NCBI GenBank assembly: GCA_049515455.1
Contig: JBEKUB010000005.1
Coordinates: 82,858 to 146,857, forward strand
Source of the DNA: Terracidiphilus sp.
GTDB lineage: Bacteria; Acidobacteriota; Terriglobia; Terriglobales; Acidobacteriaceae
DNA: 64,000 nt
Direction: 5' to 3'
Part shown: positions 1 to 9,386 of the stretch, piece by piece
Numbering within the stretch: the stretch's first letter is position 1
Layout of the letters: each line of letters opens with the position of its first letter
Notes under the pieces: model-generated
The model's database searches: none
Told to the model about the DNA's origin: nothing
The model's input: the letters and a program-made list of their open reading frames with translations, nothing else
Position numbers and translations under genes: made by a program

Positions 1-136
1 GCTCGACCATTGTCACCGAAGTCTCACTCGATGGCAAGCAAAAGCTATCGCCTGATTCGTAATTTTTAAGGAAGCGCAGACCGGCATCAGGCACGCTGGA
101 TACCGTCTCGTTTGGCGAGAGCTCCGGCGAGTCCAA

Positions 137-1039
137 TCAGCTGTTCGCAGGAACGTTGAACGAAGCCCGCTTCCGCAACCACCTCGCACGTTCCCGCATC
201 TCGTGCTGAATCTCGTCACACTTTGCGTTCACGTATCCTGGACCTTCAAAGCAAACTCCTTGTGCATGACGCCCCATCGCTTCGACTGCAGCGACCATTG
301 TCTTTGCAGGTTGGCCCGAAACTTGAACAGGCAGAAACGGAATGGCATGGATGGCGGCGAAGATGCAGCCGTGAAAGCTGCTGGAGATCACGAATCGCGA
401 TGAGGCGATCATGCGGAACGACTCTTCCGCCGACCCGGATTTAGCAGTCTTCTTTCCGGAAAAGCGCGGATAAAAATCATTAGACAGCACGATACGCGAA
501 CATTTCAACTCGCGCGCCCAACGTCTAACCACGGAGTCCTCGGGCGGCTTGAGCCCGGAGCAAACCAGGAGCTGGTTCCTTCGCGCCGCCTGTGCTGGGG
601 CCGATAGAAAACTGCAATCCGCCGCGAGACGAGCTGAAATACCGTGCTGTGCAAGGTAGCCGAAGCTGGCGACGTCACGCACCGCAATGAAGTCGGCGTA
701 TTTGTACATCTCGATCAGCTCATCGCAATTCCAGCAGCCGTGGTTCACAATCCAGACACGAACGTTTCGCTCCCGCGCCATCTTGAGGGAATTAAGTAGA
801 GCAACGGCTGTAGGCGTTCCGGAATGAACGCTGCCCTCTCCATTGATGACCAGCATGCCGGCTTTTTCGATGCGCTTCCACACCGCTTCGACCGGCTTGA
901 GCCGTCCGAGCGGCAGACGATCGGCGATGGTAAGGCCAACGCGTGAGAGGAGCTGTTCCAGATTCGTTGTAGTCAGCCAGGAGCCCCAATGCTCTCCCCG
1001 CACAGATCCGCGCGTATCGTTTGCGAGCAGGAAATTCAT
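137..1039 (-). CDS. Polysaccharide pyruvyl transferase family protein
   Basis: 300-aa ORF with INGEGS, DFIAVRD and C-terminal VISSSFHGCIFA..AIPF motifs typical of the family; start overlaps the upstream stop (ATGA, 1036-1039). Confidence 0.75.
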   Translation of the reverse strand: MNFLLANDTRGSVRGEHWGSWLTTTNLEQLLSRVGLTIADRLPLGRLKPVEAVWKRIEKAGMLVINGEGSVHSGTPTAVALLNSLKMARERNVRVWIVNHGCWNCDELIEMYKYADFIAVRDVASFGYLAQHGISARLAADCSFLSAPAQAARRNQLLVCSGLKPPEDSVVRRWARELKCSRIVLSNDFYPRFSGKKTAKSGSAEESFRMIASSRFVISSSFHGCIFAAIHAIPFLPVQVSGQPAKTMVAAVEAMGRHAQGVCFEGPGYVNAKCDEIQHEMRERARWLRKRASFNVPANS

Positions 1040-1929
1040 AGCGTGGCGTACCTGGTATCCGGATGAAGATTGACCGGTGGAATGTCGAATTGCCCGGTCA
1101 GTCGAGCATAGTAAGAAAACCAGCTATTGTTATAGATCAGTGAGTTGCAGTGGGCGAGCAAATACATCTCCACCAAGGCATTCCGCGCGTTCTCCAGCCC
1201 CAGATCTCTCCGATGCAATCGCCCGCCGCCCGCCTCGTGAAACGCCTTGGGCCGGGTAAACAGGCTCGATAACAGCAGCTTCAATTGCTGCTCTGCCTCT
1301 TGAGAGTCCGTGGCAAGGAAGATGCGAAACCGGCCTCTGAGGGTGGGTTTCATCACTTTGTACATTTGTCTGCATGCCGCGGCGATTTGGATGCATGATT
1401 CGTGGAGACCCGCGTCCGGCCGGAACCCCAGATACTCTCCGTTGCCGTGACGAAAATGGACCCCGAGTACGGTTGCGTCGGCAAATTCTTTGTGCCTGAA
1501 CTCGTCAATCTCCTGTTGTACATCGTCGTGTAATTGCAATCTTGAGTAGAATCTCTTTTGCGCTTCGAGCTCAGGAAAGATATGCATCGGCCTTCTGCAC
1601 AGAAGCGTAGGTGCCGGCAGATCCGTGCCTGCGGTCAGCAATGCATCATATTCGCAGCCTTCCATTCGATGAAGGAAGACGACAGGCTTGGGAAATTTTA
1701 ACCTGCGCAATGAGTCGTCGCAAATGAGTTTAACGCCGTCGATTTCCTCAGGTTTCCGGAACAGGTAGGGAAAGGCATTCGCTTTCCGGTCGGCAAGGTA
1801 AAGAGAGCTTCGCCAGTCGACAACGAGGGTCCTCGAGGTCCGGTGGGCATAGTACCAGGCGCCAAGCATGGTCGCCATGTCTGATCCCAGACCGGTCTTC
1901 TTCTTCGAGATCAGGAATCGCTCGTCCAT
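1036..1929 (-). CDS. nodZ: NodZ-like alpha-1,6-fucosyltransferase (GT23-like)
   Basis: From ATG 1929 (GGAGG upstream): KKKTGLGSDM..AWYYAHRTSRTLVVDWRSS, GVHFRHGNGE, IFLATDS, ALVEMYLLAHC match NodZ fucosyltransferase motifs as I recall them. The ORF-track extension to 2259 is probably not translated. Confidence 0.8.
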   Translation of the reverse strand: MDERFLISKKKTGLGSDMATMLGAWYYAHRTSRTLVVDWRSSLYLADRKANAFPYLFRKPEEIDGVKLICDDSLRRLKFPKPVVFLHRMEGCEYDALLTAGTDLPAPTLLCRRPMHIFPELEAQKRFYSRLQLHDDVQQEIDEFRHKEFADATVLGVHFRHGNGEYLGFRPDAGLHESCIQIAAACRQMYKVMKPTLRGRFRIFLATDSQEAEQQLKLLLSSLFTRPKAFHEAGGGRLHRRDLGLENARNALVEMYLLAHCNSLIYNNSWFSYYARLTGQFDIPPVNLHPDTRYATL

Positions 1930-2200
1930 TTTTATTCTTCTCGTCCCTCCCAGCAGTGAACTCCTGGAAGGAGTCAACCTTGAAGTACAGGAGCCAAAAT
2001 ATAACACAACATGCAGCGATCGCAGTAACTGGTTCCCAGGAAAGTCTAGACGCTTGAACAGCACATTATTGGATGCACATCGAAGTGCTTTTCGAGTAAT
2101 ATGAGTACCTCCAGATTCCTCGTGCCCTTCGCACTGCCGGCGCGCGAGAACAATCTTACCGCCATTCCGCAACCAGAATGCAGAAAAGAGAGTTTTCCTC

Positions 2201-3361
2201 ATGGCGACAAATATCGGATCAGTATTGAAAAAACCGGCAAGAATCCCTATCACCAACATCTATATGGACGGCGATTACACCGGAGAAGTCATTGTGGGAT
2301 CGCAGGGAAAGATTGCAAACGTGAATCTCGATACCGGCAGCAGCACCCTGGCATTCGATGGCCAGTTCTACAATCCGAGCCAGGATACCAGCGCTCAATT
2401 GACCAACATCGCGCAGGAAGTCATATACGGCCGCGGAAGCTGGGTTGGCGCCGTAGTGAGCTCCGACGTCTGCATCGGTGGCACAACCGTGAAGGAGGTG
2501 AACTTTGCGGTCGCCTACGTTGAGTCGAAGGAAATGTTTGGCAAAGCAAACGGGATCATGGGTCTGGCCTACACTCGCCTTAACAGCGCTTTCACATTGC
2601 CCGGAAAAACATGGCCGCCTAAATACCATTACAACCAGATACAAAATGGCAGCGTCACGTTTGTGGATCCCTATTTCACGCAATTGGAGAAAAGCGGTAT
2701 CTTTGCAAACAAATTCGCCTTCTACACGAGGCGCTCAAAGATAAGCCATGCGAAGACAAACCCCTCTGCTGATCCTCTTAACCATGGATACCTGATTCTC
2801 GGCGGCGGGGAAGAGAGCACGGATCTGTACGATAGTTCGAAGCCATTTCAAATTGTGCGGGTTTTGGACGATGTTTGGTACAACACCAACTTGAAGGCGA
2901 TTGTCGTCGGCTCAAGTGACCCGATTACCGTGCCCCCGCCTACCAAGGGAAGCGGCAACCTGACGAACTCGATCATAGATAGCGGGACAAGCAGCATCAC
3001 TTTGAGTCAAGAACTTTTCGATGCTGTAATCGCCCGGTTATCAAGCGGAGACAACAAGCAGTTTGCTCATGCAATGCGCGCGGGTTATCTTCCCATGGGC
3101 AGCCTCAACCGGAAGTTGTGGCCTCAGTTGGATTTCATTCTTGAAGGAGTTGATGGCGATGTCAGGATTGAGGTGTCGCCCCAGAACTATTGGCAGGTGA
3201 ATTCGCCTGAACGCGGATATGCCACTGCACCACTTCGAGGAGACGGAGAACGGCTGAAAGGGCGATCCATCCTGGGACTCCCACTGATGAACGGCTATTT
3301 CACGATATTCGACCGTTCGGAAGACCGGACGGGCGTGGTCAAGTTCTCCCCCCGGCGTTAA
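2201..3361 (+). CDS. Pepsin-like aspartic protease (family A1), no signal peptide
   Basis: Two catalytic motifs (LDTGSS, IDSGTS), flap YGRGSW, GIMGLA and ILGLPLMNGYFTIFD: a complete bilobed pepsin fold. Confidence 0.9.
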   Translation: MATNIGSVLKKPARIPITNIYMDGDYTGEVIVGSQGKIANVNLDTGSSTLAFDGQFYNPSQDTSAQLTNIAQEVIYGRGSWVGAVVSSDVCIGGTTVKEVNFAVAYVESKEMFGKANGIMGLAYTRLNSAFTLPGKTWPPKYHYNQIQNGSVTFVDPYFTQLEKSGIFANKFAFYTRRSKISHAKTNPSADPLNHGYLILGGGEESTDLYDSSKPFQIVRVLDDVWYNTNLKAIVVGSSDPITVPPPTKGSGNLTNSIIDSGTSSITLSQELFDAVIARLSSGDNKQFAHAMRAGYLPMGSLNRKLWPQLDFILEGVDGDVRIEVSPQNYWQVNSPERGYATAPLRGDGERLKGRSILGLPLMNGYFTIFDRSEDRTGVVKFSPRR

Positions 3362-3456
3362 CGTCACAGCCTTGTGATCATGGTCGGTTCTCCAGAGAGC
3401 CCCTCAGGCGCGCGACAAGAGGCTCTAAACGGGATTTGAGCCAGGAGATAGAACGG

Positions 3457-3612
3457 TCATACAGATTGGCCGATCCTATGCTTGACTTCCCTGCCGGCAA
3501 TGATCGCCATATCTGGTTTAACGCGGCCATTCGCTGCGTAGGCCGCCGGAAAGTACTTCCACCCAGCGTCGGTCTTCACTCTGCGTACCAGACCCACTTT
3601 GATGTCTGCCAT
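3457..3612 (-). pseudogene. Probable truncated N-terminus of a tyrosine recombinase/phage integrase
   Basis: 51-aa MADIKVGLVRRVKTDAGWKYFPAAYAANGRVKP... resembles, from memory, the N-terminal arm of acidobacterial site-specific integrases; no catalytic domain follows. Confidence 0.45.
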
Positions 3613-4121
3613 GGCGCCCCACTGCCAAAAACAATGGGCACAACCATAGCACGGAGGACAGATGGACGATTTCATTAGGATTTTTATGTATAAGCTGAGA
3701 CTCCCATTCTCTCCGCCACTGATTTATCCAACTCCACTAAGATCAGATATCTACAATAGAATCAACTGCCTTGCTGCTATTTGTCAGGATCTGTACTGTC
3801 TGTAAAGATCCCTGTTTTTCCCAAAAAATCCCTTAATTAGCCGCAGCATGGAGAAAAATCCGTCATTCCTCCCCAAACATTAAAAGAGGCCTTCCCAGAG
3901 AATCCTACATCGCTTGACAGACATCCAACAGCGGAGAGTAGGCCACAATCGAACAACGCAGAATAGGGCCACGAATGTAGGATTGCGGTCCCCTCTAATT
4001 CTTACTCGCGCGTGTACCCAACCGGCTTCACCGAGGAGGCAATCGTTCGCGGGTGGAGGATGAACGCGATTCCCAAAGCAGCGGCGACGTCATCGCGTCA
4101 GTGTTTTTCTGGAATCCGACT

Positions 4122-6794
4122 ATGCCACGATCCCCTTCGTCGTCCTATCGACTGCAACTCCATCGCACGTTCAACTTCGATGATGCCGCGAGAATCGCCC
4201 GATACCTCAAGGATCTGGGAATATCGCACGTCTACTGCTCGCCTTATTTGCGTGCGGCAGCAGGTAGTATGCATGGATACGATGTCATAGACCCTCGGGC
4301 AGTGAACCCCGAGTTGGGTGGCGAGGATGGCCTCTTGCGATTCAGCAGTGCGCTCGAAACCCTCGATCTGGGCCAGGTCCTCGACATTGTTCCCAACCAC
4401 ATGGCCGCAGGCCAGGAAAACACGTACTGGTGGGACGTGTTGGAAAACGGGCCATCAAGCCGATTCGCTGCGTGGTTCGATATAGATTGGAATTCTGCAG
4501 AAGTGAAGCTCCAGAACAAGGTGCTGATCCCTGTTCTGGGCGATCAGTATGGACGGGTCCTGAGCGCCAATCAGATCAAAATCAACTATGACGGTCAATC
4601 GTTTCAGTTGCGCTACTTCGACAACTCTTTTCCCTTGGCGCCCCGTTCGCTGGCAATTCCGTTGAGCGTGGCTGCCAAGCATGTGAACGCGCCGACGCTG
4701 GGCTTTATTGCCGATAGCCTGGCGCGGCTCCCTTCACCGGATTCATCAGAGGAGGAAGTGCTAACCGCGCGCCATCGCGACAAGACCATTCTCTACGAGC
4801 TTTTAGAACGTGTCACAAAAGAGCAACCGGGAGTAGTAGCGGCGATTACGCGCGCGATCGATGATCTGAATGCAAACATCGATGCGCTCGATTCCCTGCT
4901 CAATTTGCAAAACTATAGATTGGCGTATTGGCGTACAGCCGATCAGGAGCTTGGTTATCGCCGCTTCTTCGACGTCAATACTCTCATCGGTGTGCGAATC
5001 GAACGGCCGCAGGTTTTCGCAGCAACCCACTTTTGGATTATGGAGTGGTTGAGGAAAGGCGTTCTCGATGGAGTGCGGGTCGATCATCCAGACGGTTTGC
5101 GAGATCCCCAACTGTATTTTGAGCGGCTGCGCGCCGGCTCGCCCCAGGCCTGGATTGTCGCGGAGAAGATCCTGCGGCCCGAAGAATCATTACGTTCGGG
5201 CTGGCCTATCGACGGCACCACAGGATACGACTTCCTGAATGCATGTAATGGCCTTCTTGTTTATGGCGAAGGGCTGAATGAGTTGACGGAAGTTTATACA
5301 AACTTCATTCGGCAACCAGTTCAATTCGAATCGATGGTGCATACCAAGAAGCTGAACGTAGAACATGAGGCTTTAGGCAGCGATGTGAACCGGCTGGCGC
5401 AAATGTTCGTCGAGATCTGCGAGAATAATCGTGATCGCCGCGATTACACACGTGCCGAGATAAGGCGAGCCATCCGCGAGGTTGCTGCGAGTTTTTCCGT
5501 CTACAGAACCTATGTTGCGCCGGTGCGTGACGAGGTTACGGAGGAGGATATAAAACAAATCTCCAGTGCGGTAGCCTTCGCGAAAACACAAAGATCTGAT
5601 ATTTACCCTGATCTTTACGATTTCATTTGCGATGTGCTTACAATGCGCGCGCGCGGCAAGCTTGAAACAGAGTTTCTGCTTCGCTTTCAGCAGTTCACAT
5701 CTGCCGTAATGGCGAAGGGTCTTGAGGACGCAGCATTCTATTGCTACAACCGAATGATCGGACTCAACGAGGTGGGTGGCGCGCCAGAGCGTAGCGGAAT
5801 CACTCTCGATGAATTCCACTCATATTGCGCGCGAGCGCACGCCGATCATCCGCAAACGATGAACACTCTTACAACACACGACACCAAGAGATCAGAAGAT
5901 GTGCGTGCGCGATTGGCAGTGCTGACCGAAATGCCCGGAAACTGGCGTTCGGCCCTGCACCGCTGGTCGCGACGGAACCAGCAATTTAAAACCAAAACAT
6001 TCCCTGATCGCAATACTGAATACTTTCTCTACCAGACGCTGATCGGCGCGTGGCCAATTACGGTCGAACGCATTCAAGGCTACATGGAAAAGGCCGTCCG
6101 GGAAGCTAAGGAGCAAACGAGCTGGACACAACCGAATCAAGAGTTTGAGGATGCACTGAAACTCTTTATCGAACGGATCCTGGCATCAACTGATTTCGTT
6201 TCCGAGCTCGAATCATTTGTCGGGAAGGTCCTGCTTCCTGGGCGAGTCAACAGCCTGACGCAAACACTTCTTAAATGCACGGCGCCCGGAGTTCCAGACA
6301 CATACCAAGGCAGCGAATTATGGGATTTGCGACTCGTCGATCCAGACAATCGCGGGCCAGTTGATTATGAAACAAGAAGGGCAATGCTCGCGGAACTCGA
6401 TGCCGGCATCAGCGTCGACGAGATTATGAAGCGCATGGACAGCGGAATGCCAAAGCTATGGATTCTCTATAAAGCGCTGCATCTGCGGCGGGAAAACCCT
6501 GAGTGGCTCGGCAAGAATGCCGCATATATTCCGCTTCCAGTAGAAGGGCCTAAGTGGGCGCATTTGATCGCATTTTCTCGAGGCGATTCAGTCGCTGTGA
6601 TAGCTCCTCGCTGGAATGTCAAGCTCGGCAGCGGGTTTGGTTCCATGACTGTCGATCTGCCGCCGGGAGACTGGACCAACCTCTTCACCGGAGAAGCAAG
6701 AAGCGGTGGACGTGTGCGCGCACAACAATTGTTTGGAAAGTTTCCGGTAGCGCTCCTTGTACGTGACAGAGGTGCAGGCGATGTATCGGTTTAG
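4122..6794 (+). CDS. treY: Malto-oligosyltrehalose synthase
   Basis: SSYRLQ, HGYDV, DIVPNHM, YRRFFDV, RVDHPDGL, EKIL, THDTKRSEDVRAR, LVDPDNR. Alternative GTG start at 4053. Confidence 0.95.
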   Translation: MPRSPSSSYRLQLHRTFNFDDAARIARYLKDLGISHVYCSPYLRAAAGSMHGYDVIDPRAVNPELGGEDGLLRFSSALETLDLGQVLDIVPNHMAAGQENTYWWDVLENGPSSRFAAWFDIDWNSAEVKLQNKVLIPVLGDQYGRVLSANQIKINYDGQSFQLRYFDNSFPLAPRSLAIPLSVAAKHVNAPTLGFIADSLARLPSPDSSEEEVLTARHRDKTILYELLERVTKEQPGVVAAITRAIDDLNANIDALDSLLNLQNYRLAYWRTADQELGYRRFFDVNTLIGVRIERPQVFAATHFWIMEWLRKGVLDGVRVDHPDGLRDPQLYFERLRAGSPQAWIVAEKILRPEESLRSGWPIDGTTGYDFLNACNGLLVYGEGLNELTEVYTNFIRQPVQFESMVHTKKLNVEHEALGSDVNRLAQMFVEICENNRDRRDYTRAEIRRAIREVAASFSVYRTYVAPVRDEVTEEDIKQISSAVAFAKTQRSDIYPDLYDFICDVLTMRARGKLETEFLLRFQQFTSAVMAKGLEDAAFYCYNRMIGLNEVGGAPERSGITLDEFHSYCARAHADHPQTMNTLTTHDTKRSEDVRARLAVLTEMPGNWRSALHRWSRRNQQFKTKTFPDRNTEYFLYQTLIGAWPITVERIQGYMEKAVREAKEQTSWTQPNQEFEDALKLFIERILASTDFVSELESFVGKVLLPGRVNSLTQTLLKCTAPGVPDTYQGSELWDLRLVDPDNRGPVDYETRRAMLAELDAGISVDEIMKRMDSGMPKLWILYKALHLRRENPEWLGKNAAYIPLPVEGPKWAHLIAFSRGDSVAVIAPRWNVKLGSGFGSMTVDLPPGDWTNLFTGEARSGGRVRAQQLFGKFPVALLVRDRGAGDVSV

Positions 6795-8535
6795 AGTTTG
6801 GGCGCCGCTTGCGCGGAACGTCTCGGTCAAGTCCGGCGGCGTCGCATACGCGACGCAAGGCCCTGATGACCGCGGCTGGTGGGAGCAGCAGGTTGAAGAG
6901 GCAGGACCTGGAACGGACTACGGCTACCTTCTCGATGACGATCCGAAGCCCTATCCCGATCCGCGCTCTGAGTGGCAACCTAACGGTGTGCACGGGCTAT
7001 CGCGTATCTACGATCAATCAGCTTTTGAATGGAGCGATGCGCGTTTTCAGGCGCCTCCGCTGCCAAGCGCGATCATCTATGAATTGCATATCGGAACTTT
7101 CACGCCGGAGGGCACGTTCGATGCTGCGGCTGGCAAGCTCGCATACCTGGCCGAGCTTGGCGTGACGCACGTCGAACTGATGCCTGTGAATGCTTTTGAA
7201 GGGCAACACGGCTGGGGCTATGACGGTGTAGCGCTCTTCTCCGTTCATAAACCATACGGAGGTCCGGACGGTCTTAAGCGATTTGTGAATGCGGCGCATC
7301 AGGCGAGGCTCGCCGTGCTGCTCGATGTGGTGTACAACCACTTTGGGCCGAGCGGAAACTACACCGGTAAATTCGGACCGTATACTGTCCCGTCGCATCG
7401 GACGCCCTGGGGCGGCGCAGTGAATCTTGAGGATGCAGGGTCCACTGAGGTTCGTCGGTTTTTTTGCGACAACGCGATGATGTGGCTTCGCGACTTCCAC
7501 GTCGATGGACTGCGCATCGATGCGGTACATGCGTTCGTCGATCGCTCCGCCATTCACTTTCTGGAGCAGCTGGCCGTTGAAGTAGATGCATTGGAGGCAA
7601 TCCTCGCGCGCCGGCTTGTTCTCATCGCCGAAAGCGATCTAAACGATCCTCGCGTAGTGACGCCGCATGAAGCGGGAGGATTCGGTATCGATGCACAGTG
7701 GAACGATGACTTTCATCATGCGCTTTCCACCGTACTGAACGCGAACGAGAGGCAAGGCTATTACGCGGACTTCGGCACATTTGAGCAGCTGGCAAAATCG
7801 CTTGAGCGGACTTTCGTGTATGACGGCATCTACTCCCGTTATCGACAACGCATCCATGGCCGCCCAACCTACGCGCTCCCGCAGCACCGCTTTCTCGGTT
7901 ACATTCAAACGCACGACCAGATAGGCAATCGCGCAGTGGGTGACCGGATCGGTCATATTGCAGGCCTGGAGCGCGTGAAAATCGCGGCCGCGCTGTACCT
8001 GCTCAGCCCATTTATTCCAATGCTTTTTCAGGGAGAAGAGTGGGCAGCATCAACTCCGTTTCTCTACTTCGCCGACCACGATGATCCGGAATTAGCGCAG
8101 GCAGTATCCGAGGGGAGAAAGAAAGAGTTTGTCGCGTTCGGATGGGATCCCGCTTCCATTCCCGATCCTGAAAGTCCGGGGACCTTTGAAGCTTCAAAAC
8201 TGAAATGGGAGGAACTCGAGGTCGGCCACCATGCCCAAATGCTGTCGTGGTATCAGGCATTGATTCACATGCGCCGGTCCACGCCATGTCTCAATGATGG
8301 AAGCATCGGCAATGTGCATGTAACATTCGATGAACAAAAAAAGTGGCTGCGAATGAGACGCGGAACCATAACGGTAATCTGCAATCTCGGCGAGCTGGAA
8401 CAGATCTTCGACGTTCTCCAGGAAAGCCGCGTCGTCCTCGCATCACGGAGCGCAATCCAAGTTAGTCGGGGCAAGCTGAGCATGCCGCCTGATTCCATTG
8501 CTGTCGTGAGCGAATTCCCTTCTAAAAATGCCTGA
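6781..8535 (+). CDS. treZ: Malto-oligosyltrehalose trehalohydrolase
   Basis: FRVWAP, PDPRS, YELHIGTF, WGYDGV, DVVYNH, RIDAVH, IAESDLND, HDQIGNR; overlaps the treY stop. Confidence 0.95.
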   Translation: MYRFRVWAPLARNVSVKSGGVAYATQGPDDRGWWEQQVEEAGPGTDYGYLLDDDPKPYPDPRSEWQPNGVHGLSRIYDQSAFEWSDARFQAPPLPSAIIYELHIGTFTPEGTFDAAAGKLAYLAELGVTHVELMPVNAFEGQHGWGYDGVALFSVHKPYGGPDGLKRFVNAAHQARLAVLLDVVYNHFGPSGNYTGKFGPYTVPSHRTPWGGAVNLEDAGSTEVRRFFCDNAMMWLRDFHVDGLRIDAVHAFVDRSAIHFLEQLAVEVDALEAILARRLVLIAESDLNDPRVVTPHEAGGFGIDAQWNDDFHHALSTVLNANERQGYYADFGTFEQLAKSLERTFVYDGIYSRYRQRIHGRPTYALPQHRFLGYIQTHDQIGNRAVGDRIGHIAGLERVKIAAALYLLSPFIPMLFQGEEWAASTPFLYFADHDDPELAQAVSEGRKKEFVAFGWDPASIPDPESPGTFEASKLKWEELEVGHHAQMLSWYQALIHMRRSTPCLNDGSIGNVHVTFDEQKKWLRMRRGTITVICNLGELEQIFDVLQESRVVLASRSAIQVSRGKLSMPPDSIAVVSEFPSKNA

Positions 8536-9328
8536 TTGATTGGCTCGCAGTTGTAGCTTCGTCCGGCATGTGCGTCCGCTCACCGGTGTGCTCGACGTGA
8601 CTCTCCAGAGAGCGGCTGACGAGATCGCGCAAGCCGAGGCCAACCGCGAGAGCAAGTGTAAGAACAATACCGCCGAACAAGATTCCAAACGCGAGTTCGA
8701 CGATATTCCCGCCTACCTGCAAATGGTCGAGGACCATGGCCCCTGTCAGAACAAGAACAAGCCACTTCACGCCCAGGGACAGAATTCTCGCGTATTGCAA
8801 CTGTGCGTTCACGGCGCTGATCAGGACCGAGCGGGCAAGAAATCTGGCGATCACAATACCCGCAATCAGCAGAAGGGCGGCACCAACGGCATGAGTCAGA
8901 TAGGGCAACAACGAAATGGGCAGAGCTACGCCGGTTGCGTACGACGTATCGAAGGCCGAAACACCAATGACGAGACCAAGCAACACGCAGATCCAGAATG
9001 AGGCGCGGGCCGCGATCTCGCTCGGTGAGCTGGCCGGCGCCCAATCTGTACCGCTCTTGCGGGCGACGCGAAGGTCGAATTTTGCCCATGTAAGACACCG
9101 GCGCAATATCCAGGAAATCAGCATGCCAGCCAAAGCGAAGACCAGGAGCGAAAGAAAGAACGCAAGAATCCCGGGTAGCACGGCAATAAGCAGAGTGAGC
9201 ACGCGGTAAAGCGACTGGTGCAAAGCATCAGACATGTGATGCCAGATCGACACGTCTTCGCTGTACAGCGGTGATGCGGTGATGTTTCGAGTTGCCTGTT
9301 GAATCGTGTTATCGACCAGGTTTTGCAT
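8522..9328 (-). CDS. Multi-pass membrane protein, MscS TM-helix-repeat/CmpX-like
   Basis: AAGGAGG RBS; several hydrophobic helices; AFGILFGGIVLTLALAVGLG motif; no soluble MscS beta-domain. Confidence 0.6.
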   Translation of the reverse strand: MQNLVDNTIQQATRNITASPLYSEDVSIWHHMSDALHQSLYRVLTLLIAVLPGILAFFLSLLVFALAGMLISWILRRCLTWAKFDLRVARKSGTDWAPASSPSEIAARASFWICVLLGLVIGVSAFDTSYATGVALPISLLPYLTHAVGAALLLIAGIVIARFLARSVLISAVNAQLQYARILSLGVKWLVLVLTGAMVLDHLQVGGNIVELAFGILFGGIVLTLALAVGLGLRDLVSRSLESHVEHTGERTHMPDEATTASQSIRHF

Positions 9329-9386
9329 CGGATTCCCTCCTTATTGGCGCACCAGATTGACGCCCAGCCCTTGGCGTGAAGAATGA

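Noticed and set aside
3-62. 3' end of a + strand CDS entering from the left (STIVTEVSLDGKQKLSPDS*)
   Set aside because: It is too short to assign and the frame cannot be verified.
1036-1929. Nodulation gene cluster
   Set aside because: No nodABC/nodD or nod box is visible; only a NodZ-family enzyme is supported.
1930-2259. N-terminal extension of the NodZ-like ORF
   Set aside because: It overlaps the pepsin start, lacks similarity, and an RBS-bearing ATG exists at 1929.
4012-4290. 92-aa ORF with a GGAGG-adjacent ATG overlapping the treY start
   Set aside because: It is out of frame over the conserved treY N-terminus, has no motifs, and the RBS spacing is too short.
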